From Trichosphaerium sp. ATCC 40318 (taxonomy: Eukaryota > Protista > Tubulinea), in assembly GCA_038496445.1 (NCBI GenBank), contig JALMLS010000057.1, positions 1 to 64,000 on the forward strand: 64,000 bases of DNA, given 5' to 3'. The notes under the pieces are model-generated. The model was given only the letters and a program-made list of their open reading frames with translations, did not search any database and was not told the origin of the DNA. The translations under genes were made by a program, and so were the position numbers. Positions 52,045 through 64,000 of the stretch are shown one piece after another; the stretch's first letter is position 1; each line of letters begins with the position of its first letter.

Positions 52045-52543
52045 TCAATTCCTGTCATACACAAAAATAGTAGCGCCTGGATGACCAGGCACAACGCCTC
52101 GGTCTATAGACTCGTGATCAGCATCAGGTAGGACTCCAACAAACTCGTAAGGTGTATCATCCATTGTTTGGTGGCCATCTAGTAACAATCAATTAGTTTT
52201 TACTTCGCTAACTGAGGTGCACCTTTTAAATCATCATATTTTACGGTCAACACTTGGCCAGTAGTGGTAATCAAAAACAGTTTATCTTTAAAAACATAAG
52301 CACTTAAAATTAAAGATTCAAAGTTTGCTTACCTGGGTCACTTTCCTTAGACACCAAGCGTCTAAAGGCATATCTGGTACCTCCTGTAATAAATTTGGAT
52401 ATTTTTCTAGGTGGCATTCCGGCGCTAGCTAATGATACTACTGTGATTGATAAGTACTAGTCTTCCAACAAAAATTGTAGTTGTTGTAGTACTGATTACG
52501 TACAGAAAGCGCATATGCAGATTAGATACAATTTTGAATACAT
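52045..52543 (-). CDS. Small secreted hypothetical protein, 4 exons
   Basis: Phase-consistent splicing gives MYSKLYLICICAFLVSLASAGMPPRK...VPGHPGATIFVYDRN*. Not in the ORF track. Confidence 0.6.
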
Positions 52544-53337
52544 TGTGTTCGGTGGTAATGAGGACGAGTGGCGATTGTTGTTTAATAGCTGTTGAATGGT
52601 GGAAAAAACGGAACTTAAAAAACATGTTTTGTCAACTTAATCTACAGATTGATAAATATCAATCAAGTGATTGATGTTTGTGGTAATTGTGTTCCAACAA
52701 ATACCCAAAGATCAAAGACCATTCAAAACCATTGATAAATACAGTTCCATGTCTTATGACTGATTGAATTACACGTTGCAAATAATAGTTTTCCATTCAT
52801 TAAACTTGGTTTCAATCATTCAATTTCTATCAGTTCATCAATCAAATGGCCATTTTGAAGTGCTGTATATACTCTGTAGCTAGCGTAAGCTTATTCTATT
52901 CCATTATTTTCAATACCTTTGGTTTTCAATCACTCTTTCTTGTTTCAACATTGATTGATGTTATGATCGATTTAATATTGCATCTGATAAAAATCCCATT
53001 GCACTTATTTCTACGTCTACTGGCAGTTCAAAAGTTTACGCTTTCAATAGCCCAAGACAACACAAGGATTTTTTTAATTGCGACGGCATACAAGCCTTGA
53101 ATAGCCGTATTTTTGTACATGCTAAGCGCAAATACAGTTATGCCTAAACTGAAAAAAAAAAACTGCTTGAACATTCTTGTTGGTTTCCTGATTACTACTG
53201 CTTTACTGGCAACAAGAAAATGTTATTAAGTTTAAGTCTACCTTAAATTTACGATAGTAATTTGCCTTGGAATGAGGTAGTAAACACATAAAGAGAAAAA
53301 CTTAAACTCATTGCAGGGAAGCATAGCGCTTTATTGA

Positions 53338-54203
53338 CTAGTCGGCTTGGCAGCAGTAGCGGACCTTCATATCAGGGCATCTACTATCATTTTCGCTGTT
53401 GACACATACAAGACCACCAGTGGGTGTACACGGAACACTATAAGTCACAGGTGGTGTTATGTCGGACCAGTTTTCTTCGGTTGCCACAGATACACATTCT
53501 GCTTGTGTAGGAGGCTTTGCATTGAAGTTTCGTGGGCATACTATTCCTCTATTGAATCGCTTGTGGTTGTACGTAGACTCATACTCACCAGACCCGATGG
53601 TCGGTCGCTGTTGTACCTAACAGAAAAAGAAGATGAGATGTTGTTCACCTGAGTTCAAAACCTATGTACCATTTACTCCACGTGCCAGTGCAAGAAATAG
53701 GTTCGCAGCAGTATCTCACTTTCATATCTGGACACCGTTTCGTATTCTCTCTGTTAACACACTGGAATCCGCCTGTTACTGTACATGGAGCACTAAAGAC
53801 ATAGTCTCCGTATTCTCTCCAATCTGCTCCGTAAAATAATTCACACATTGAACATTTGAAGCTTGGTATCCGTCCGGGCCTTTTTCTGTCAGTATATTGC
53901 TTTAAGAGAATGTACGTACATAGAAGACCTTCGTTTATTCGTCTATGGTTAACTGTTGACTCATACTCGCCATTCCCAGAAGGAACATCTGCATCGAACC
54001 TGTTTTAACCTTTTAGAATATACTGTAGCACGTGTTTAACTCACCATTTTGACCAGTTATCCGATGCGCAGAATGGTGTAGGATAAGCTAAAAGAGATGC
54101 AATCAGAGGGGTTACGTGTACACAACAACGCACTTTGCGAGAGTACAAGATGCTGAACGGAAAGACAACATAAAATGCTAAGAATCAAAGCGTTGTTGTA
54201 CAT
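53338..54203 (-). pseudogene. Secreted tandem WxxW (mucin-2/CILP-type) domain gene with two single-base frameshifts (pseudogene or consensus error)
   Basis: Two repeats of WSKW.....PSG.GEYEST...C...C...CPDMKVRYCC. Aligning the two repeats requires one extra G at about 53829-53830 and one at about 53593-53595. Confidence 0.7.
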
Positions 54204-55383
54204 ACTGTTTGATGTGCAATAAATGTTTTTTCTCGTACACAATGTGAGCAAAACAAGTATGATCCACTATGTAGCTAGACTGGTATCTGTTTTTCTTTGA
54301 ATTACCCTTTTAACCTATCGTGGTATTGAGCAATACTAGCTTTGGCTGTATTACCTATCTCTACAATAGTGAGGCACTATGTTGTTTTGTGAACACGAAG
54401 CTTATGATTGGTTATCTCCATCCAACAATGAAACACTATAGTCTTGTTATGTGAACAATAAAATCAGTTGTAAAAGTATTTATGTTAGCGCTTGTGTATT
54501 TTTTTTAGTCATATCATGCAAGTATTGTTTTTTATTTTAGTAAGACATATCTTTGCTTTTTTTTTCTTTGGTGAGATTATATGATCATCATCTTCCAACA
54601 GTGCTGTTAAATCTTATCCTGATAGCTCTTAGAAAACCTACTGTAAACTTAACCGGTGAGGTCGATTCGTAACCTGCTCCAAGACAAATCTGAGTGACGT
54701 GTGTTTGCAGTCTTTGGCATGGCATTTTCTATCCTTTTTGGACACTTCCAGTGATTGGTACAACCACCAAGAACAATTGGTAGTACATGTAGTGATCGCG
54801 GTAACCTCTATGTATCGGACTGAGGAGTTTGTAAAACTTAGAACTGTTTTTTTGTACACAACTACATTACAGACAGGCCTTTTAAGACTTGTAAAGTGCA
54901 GGGTATTTTTTTACTACAACTACACTTTTTAGCCTGTACAAGTAAACATTTAGGCTTTGGAACCTATTAACGTAGTACGTAATTTCTACAATTCCACACA
55001 ATTGTACTTCATCAACTTTGGACAAGGCAAACTGTAACAACTCAAAAAAACATAATTGTCGCTTCCACTCATCATGTAGAACTATTGTATTCTAAAGAGC
55101 ATGAGAGTGTTAGGATGAAGAAAACAAAGGCGGTTTTAAGCAATCCAACTTTCAATTTCACCATAGGTATCACCCAGAAAAGTTGTACACCAGTTCTAAA
55201 CACAAAGTAAAACACTCGTAGTTGGAAAGTATAAGCAATTAATCTGCATTAACTATTAACGCCTTTGGTTATTACATAGTTATTTATGCCAAGCGTCAAA
55301 GCGCTTCAGCTCCACTTGCACACAGCGAAAATGTGTCGACAACATTCTAGTTGTAGTTTGTTTTGTACGCCACACCCTGGTAT

Positions 55384-56786
55384 TTACACGAAGTATTCAC
55401 AACGCGCAGATATCCCGGGTCCATTTTCTTCATAGTCTTCCTTCATAATCCATTGAGAGTCAAAGGTAGAAAGAGATGACAAAATGGATCCACCAATCCA
55501 AACCGAATACTTGCGTTCGGGAGCAGCAACTACTTTAACTAAAGATGACTCCGGAAGCAAATTCTTAAGGTCCTTGGTAACACGGTCTTCCAACCCCTTC
55601 ATCAATGTATTACCACCAGCAATGATGATATTCGTCAGTAAGTCCTAACAGAATAAAATGAGAAAAAAAACCAACAAAGCGCAACAAAATAAGGTACCTT
55701 TCTTAAGTGAATATCACATTTCATCACCGAGTTGTATATACTCTGAGGAATCCCAGGCTTATCAACACCCACCAAACGTGGATTAATTAGTGCTTCAGCA
55801 CATCTAAATCTTTCACTAGCAATCGTAACCTTAGCGCCATCAGGAAGCTCATAAGATTTATCAAGGGATGATGACATTGAACATTCTTTTAAATCGGCAT
55901 CATAATCACGTGCAACGTAAGCCAACTTTTCCTTCATGTCACGAATGGTTTCAAGATCTGAGGTGCTGCTGAAATCGTAACCTCTTTCGCATAGAAGCCT
56001 AGCTAAATAATTTGTGACATCTTTACCGCCCATCGGTATTCGTTCAATCGCATGTGGAATCACTCTGCTTTCATACTGAGGCATATAACTTGTAACACCA
56101 CCTCCAGACGAAACAACTATACCAGTAGCTCTACCTGATGCCATCAATATTAATGAAGTGTCAAGAGCAATATAGGAGCATGGCACTTCGAAGGTTTCAA
56201 ACAAGAGTTGAAAGTATTTCTCTCTAAAAACAATTAATTCCAACACTTGTTATTAACTTGCAAGTACAAAAACGGCATTTACCTATCCGCCAATGATCCC
56301 ATTGGAGAGTCAGTGATCATCAAAGGATGCTCAGTTGGCTCCATACGCATTTCATTTCTAAGCGTATGGTGTAGTAAGTCCTCCATGTGGTCCCAATTTG
56401 TTACAAGTCCGTTTTTGACAGGAAAGGTTAAGTCTAGTAAACCCCTTTTTGCCATTGCCTCGTCACCAATATACTTTCCTATTAGCGCGTAAGCTACCGT
56501 ATGCACAATTTTGTTAAGCTCAATTATCTGAATTGAGTTTAACAAGAGCCACAACGTACGAGAGGTGTTAGCAAATGTTCCAGAGAAACAAGGGTACTTA
56601 GGTGAACCTACTACAGAAGGAAATACGGTCCTCGGAGCATTTGAGCCTGAAAACCCTGCAATCACTTGGCTAGAACCCATAGTGACGATAACTGGCGTAG
56701 CTTCTGCAAAAAAGACGTTATCAACTGATAAATCTATAATACGAACCCGTTAAGCGTCTTTTTTTGCAAACGGTCCTTTCTTTCAT
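55384..56786 (-). CDS. Divergent actin / actin-related protein
   Basis: [41 protein letters not shown] and [21 protein letters not shown]. Phosphate-loop residues are substituted. Confidence 0.88.
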
Positions 56787-56843
56787 TGTATAATAAGATT
56801 ATTGCTTTTGTACAGACCTGCGTTGACGAGTTGAGTAGAGCTG

Positions 56844-56856
56844 ATATTCAAACCAT
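56844..56856 (+). repeat. Left target-site duplication ATATTCAAACCAT
   Basis: Identical to 57978-57990. Confidence 0.85.
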
Positions 56857-57977
56857 ACCAAAAAGTTCGCAAAAACGAAAACCAAACATTCTGGGATAAA
56901 AGATGGATTACTGAATCTACAGGACCAGCTAAATACGAACGTATAGACATGCACACATCTAACTTAATATTTCAGAGGAATGAAGCTGAATATGGAAGGG
57001 TACAAGACTTTATATTTCGGCTCAAGACAAATAACCTAATAGCATAGCTACAAATATAGGAACACCATCCAACTACATAGAAAAATATATGACAGAAATG
57101 TATGATGATGATAAATGCGAATTATGTAACCTAGAAGAGGACGACGAAAGAGAAATAGAAGACGTAAAACATTTCAACTACTGTGACCCAGAAAACACAT
57201 TTTACTATTCAACTGGTGAAGTCATAGGTCAAGTAACACAACACCTCATAAACACAAAAGGCACCTTAGAAGGTATAGAGAAAGCAATTCCGATCACTGG
57301 ACATTTAGAAAATAATGGATTTAAAAGCGTGCTAACTCCACTCTCCAAAGATCAAGACGAAAACAATACCCCACTACACGACCGAATTTTCAATCACACT
57401 AACTTATTCGTCAAATACAGAAACCCAAATAGGAAAATATCACCGGAATTATGGCTATTAGCCATACTAGGATTCAACAAAAGAGAGTACACTAAACACC
57501 ACTTTGCAATTACAGAATGTATGTACAGAGACTCGATGAAATACCCAACTTTCTACAACAAAAATACACTGGCGCTATTAAATGAAGAATACAACAAACA
57601 GCTAACACACTCTTGCTTTGGATACGCTACAGATTACACATTTCTTGGCCTATCTACACAATTCATTAGGGAACTAGCTGTAGACAAATCCACCAATAGG
57701 CTACTCCGGAGGAGAGCGAAAGAGATGGCACATATGATACACCAAATAGAATTATATAAAAAGTATATAATTAACAGGAAAGCAAATCATGCGATCAAAC
57801 TTAAAAGAGTAAAAGAACGAGCGAGGAGGAACGGAGAGGAATATATGATCAACGAATACACATAACAAAAAAGTAAAGAGGACATTTCCCAGGCTAAGGC
57901 CTGTGTTGTACTATATATGTAACGCGAAATGTGCTCGACTAAAGTAAAACATAGTCAAATAAACCAAACAAACAAAC
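56857..57977 (+). mobile_element. 5'-truncated non-LTR (LINE-like) retrotransposon fragment
   Basis: A-rich intronless sequence encoding FIFRLKTNNL, a frameshift near 57040, then CELC-x14-H-x3-C (RT C-terminal zinc knuckle) in ORF 57089-57865. It has a 3' UTR, AATAAA at 57958 and a (CAAA)3C tail, and is flanked by 13-bp direct repeats. Confidence 0.8.
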
Positions 57978-57990
57978 ATATTCAAACCAT
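57978..57990 (+). repeat. Right target-site duplication ATATTCAAACCAT
   Basis: Identical to 56844-56856 and directly follows the (CAAA)n tail. Confidence 0.85.
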
Positions 57991-58665
57991 TTCTGAAAAA
58001 GCCTTCCTCGCTTTTTTTTCAGAATTGAGTTGAGATTCAGTACCAGCTTCAATACTCGCCATTTCTTCTCATTAAGCTCAAGATTTTGCAAGATACTACG
58101 AGTTGTGTTTCTTCGTGAGTCAATGTACATTTTGGGTCATTTTACGTGCCATTCCTATAAAACCGTTAGTTGTTTTTGTATGTTTGTTGAGTTAGCTCAA
58201 CCGAACTAACTGGGCTTGTTTAAGGTTTAGCATCGAGCCAACAGGGTTTAATTGTCACAAACACATGCAGCTAGGTTAATTGATACATCAACTGAGTTTG
58301 ACATCCTCAAGCTTTCGAAATGTAGTAAACACGTACGGTTTACTACAAAGTTTAATCTTTGAACACGGATTGCATCTGAGGTTCATTCACAGAAAATAAA
58401 TCATAGACACCGTAGAAGTGAATAGGTGTCCTTGTTGCTTTGGAAATGGATAGATCTATTACATCAATCTTGGCGTCCAATTGCCTCTAGCATAGCGGTA
58501 ACAAATATTCACTGTAAACGTGTTGGGGATTCCCTATTCAAAGAATGAAGTTTGCCAATTACTGCATCGTTACTATTATATTGTAATGCAAAATCTCAAC
58601 ACTCGCAACACCTCTAGCAGAACCAAAGGTAACAACTATCCGCACAATATTGTAGAAAAAACAAA

Positions 58666-59034
58666 ATGAACGCAGTGGAAAAAGAGGTACTTTCTATTAC
58701 TACGCTACTTGTTATTCTTGTAATTGAATAATAGCACACGCATACTGGTGACAATGGAGTTCTTATCAAACGTTATATTACCCTTGGTGGTGAATACCAC
58801 GGTCTTTATGAGGAGTTCTATGCCAACGGAAATAAAAAAGTTCAAGTTACCTATGTGAAGGGGGAAAAGCACGGATATAGTTATAGATACAATATCAATG
58901 GAAGACTACTCGAGGAAGGTATTTATGATAAGGGATTGCAAGATGGAATATGGATTGAATATGACGAAAATACAGTAGTGACAAAAAGGACTCGATGGGA
59001 AGATGGAGCATTTATTGAAGTACTGTACCCCTAA
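58666..59034 (+). CDS. Small MORN-variant (YwqK-like) repeat protein, 2 exons
   Basis: MNAVEKE, intron 58687-58734, then ...GEYHGLYEEFYANGNKKVQVTYVKGEKHGYSYRYNINGRLLEEGIYDKGLQDGIWIEYDEN...*. Absent from the ORF track. Confidence 0.8.
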
Positions 59035-59557
59035 AATCGTTTGCACGTGCTGACTATGGCAGGGCTACTTAACGAGCAGTCCTTTTAATCTACATATACG
59101 AGGCACCTTACGCTGCTATTTGAAATATATACTGTTGAAACTTGTGTACCAATGACTATTGTTTGTTTCCTCTTTCTTATTTTTTTATCGTGTTTTGAAT
59201 TGTTCTTGACCGAAGTAAATGAATTAATGTTTTGTTCGTTGCCCAGGTAGCCTAGGGTAAGCTTATTTCCAATATTATGTGTTTATGTATCATTCTTAAT
59301 TCTTAGGCGGACGTACAGGCATCCTTACACAGATTGTCCATATCAATGAAGAATGTGCGTCCCTTTTTTTTTTTTTGAGAATATTTTCAACAACTAAAGT
59401 AGCCTATGTTAAGCTTGTCTCGAGAACCTGAACCCAAGTGGTTGAGCAACATATAGCTTCCAACTAGTTCAGTTTAGGACTGTGTCATAATTATCTATTG
59501 TGAACTTAGAATAAAGCAAACTTAACTCAAAACTGACATATTCTCGTTGTAAACTAA

Positions 59558-61553
59558 ATGTCCTGTCTCGAGAAGTTTGGAAATTTTCATGTTTGCACAG
59601 CGTTTTTGATCAAGCTTATAAGTAACATGCGCGACAGACTGATATATCCTTTTCTACCTTCAATTGCTGAGTTACGGATTGGGAAAGATAATAAACAAGT
59701 CCCAACTTACAATCAATTTATAGGGCGTTATCTGTACCTAAAGAGCAACTAGCTCTTGCTATAGCTATTGCAGAAGGAACAGGTTCGTGTCAAATACTTT
59801 AACGCATTGATCTTACTCTAACGCTCGGTAGGCGTATTCACAATACTTACAGGTACTATTGTGAGCGTAATATGATGTTTTTAAACGAAAAAGGTCCTCT
59901 TGGAGATAATTATGGATATAAGATAATCTTATTGGTTTCCATGGGTGTGTTGGTGACTGTTGATCGTATTTGCCGACTTATTTACGCTTATAGTCGGTAC
60001 ATTCCTTAGTTGTATTCTCAACTTCTTCACCTACTCCTTTCCACGTACAAAACAATTCTTTCAACTTTCTTTTTACTGGTCACGTGACATACCGTTTTCT
60101 TATTTTATCACTTTTAGTTTTCGTCGCTGGTTTGATGCTATTTAGTCTTGCTGCTAGTCCACTAAAAACAGCTGTACAGGTTCGCTCGTCCCTTAACTGT
60201 ACGCCTTTAACAGTTACAAATAGGCAACTGTTGGGTTGCATTCAGAGAGAGTAGGATGGTTCGCGTTTTAGATTTTAATGTTTTTTGCCTTTATTCACAT
60301 CAGTAACAAGCTACACTGGGATTATGGAATCTAGTTGGGCTATCTCAAGTCTTATTGGGTTTCCTTTATTTGGATTAGTTCAAGCAAAGCTTGGTTTGCA
60401 TTGGGTATTTGTTATTATCGGCGTATGTTATGTACCGCTTTTCTTTGCTGTACTATACTTCTTCCCGCCAACTTTGCTATGCATATCCAGGACTCCTGCC
60501 AAGGTATGTTGACACTGTTAATTTCATTTGCAGTGATAGATAGCAACGCTACCATCACCGAACATTTATCGCTTCAACAGTTCTTTTTTATTCATATTGG
60601 ACTACTTTGTTGGTGGTTAAATCTATGACTACAATTAACATATTTACCTTATATTTTCTCTTAGAGACACGCTTCTAAGATTAGTACATATCAGCAACTA
60701 AAGAGTATTTATGTCGTTGCTTTTACAAACGTATCTTGCTTACTACTTTGTCTTTCTTGTTTTTTGTATTATGTATGTTTTTATTATATCTATTCTTCTA
60801 TTGGTAATCTCTTTGAAGACACTTTCGGTTTAAGTGTAGAAAACGTAGGATTCGTAACGATATGTATTGGTGCTTCTGAGTTAACATCAGCATGTACAAC
60901 TGAACACATGAAAAAAGAAACCCACAAAACAGGAATGTAATTGACTATTTTGTATAGGTATTTCTATGTACGTACTTGATAGATTCGACTCCTGGTGGGT
61001 ACACACTATAGTCTTTGGTTATCTCTCATAAATATATAGACGACAGGATTTGGTGTTACATCAGCCACATTAGCAGCAGGTATATTTATACTGTTGGGGT
61101 TCACCAAAAGCCTTCCTGCTACAGTTGTTGGATGTATGCTTTTCTTTTTGTGCAATGAGTTTGCCTTTATTTCATACATTAAGCTATTCACAACACTATC
61201 ACCACGAGTCAGGAATTCTATATTATCGCTTTTTACTGTAGTTGGAGCTTTAGCTAAATTTGCAGCTGTTGCGTCTGGCCAATACTTATGGGACCTTGGT
61301 AAGTGATGTTGTATTTAAGTCCATAGTTTTTTACTTGCCATCACTAATTTGCTTGACTTTTCCCTTTGATTTATTAAAGCCGATTATTAATACCTTTACA
61401 GGTGGCTTCTATGCTGTTGGTGGTGCTGGAGCAGGATGTGGTGTATTGGCTGCTATCGTATTATTGACAGTAAGTTGTCTTCCACAAGTAAGAAAACAGG
61501 AAGATGACGAAGAGGACGAAATTTCAATGCTACTCACTTCAGTGACTCTATGA
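59558..61553 (+). CDS. Major facilitator superfamily transporter, many exons
   Basis: Many TM exons: RLIYPFLPSIA, GIMESSWAISSLIGFPLFGL, NEFAFISYI...SPRVRNSILSL and GGFYAVG. Confidence 0.8.
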
Positions 61554-61735
61554 CCATGCAACACGCGAATACAAAAATGCATACTGTAGCGTAGTTTTAC
61601 GACGAAAATAAACGCAAAAAGGTCATAATTGAAATCTATTATCTGATACATTGTGATCTGTCTATCGTAAAGACAACAAAACCAACAATTCCTAAAGCAT
61701 GTTCGTTTTATTTTCTTTCTACTCTTTATAATTAT

Positions 61736-64000
<2,265 letters not shown>

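Noticed and set aside
52640-53100. TCAA/TTGA-rich segment resembling a decayed coding or repeat fragment
   Set aside because: No family could be assigned, and the only ORF is short and featureless.
57089-57865. 258-aa ORF as an independent host or viral gene
   Set aside because: Coding similarity continues upstream across a frameshift, and the segment is bounded by a TSD and tail, so it is better explained as a retroelement 3' end.

Overview
Gene-dense, AT-rich nuclear DNA from an intron-rich microbial eukaryote. It is probably an amoebozoan, inferred from an Shk-type TKL-SH2 kinase, GTACGT/GTGCGT splice donors and a 5S rRNA resembling that of Acanthamoeba. About 30 mostly spliced protein genes were reconstructed by hand, since most short ORFs in the track are exon fragments or antisense shadows. 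They include G-alpha, an AAA+ ATPase, an SH2 kinase, ATG10, RhoGAP, F-box/LRR, a dual-specificity phosphatase, RhoGEF, Arf/Arl, a PH protein, secreted LRR, GxGYxYP and WxxW proteins, a divergent actin, an MFS transporter and NSUN2. The best signals are outside the ORF track. (1) A complete 119-nt 5S rRNA gene sits in sense orientation inside a 452-nt intron of the AAA ATPase. (2) An H/ACA snoRNA in a long NSUN2 intron has two pockets matching the two LSU targets of snR34/U65. (3) A 5'-truncated non-LTR retrotransposon with a perfect 13-bp target-site duplication and a (CAAA)n tail lies just 5' of, or inside, a divergent actin gene. (4) A MAP65/PRC1-like helical region is fused to a TKL kinase and SH2 domain. 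Also present are bacterial- or viral-type genes (DUF6304-like with a mitochondrial presequence, MORN-variant, GxGYxYP), GC-AG introns, 9-nt microexons, a CCT6 pseudogene fragment and a run of five secreted-protein genes. All family assignments come from motif recognition, not database searches.
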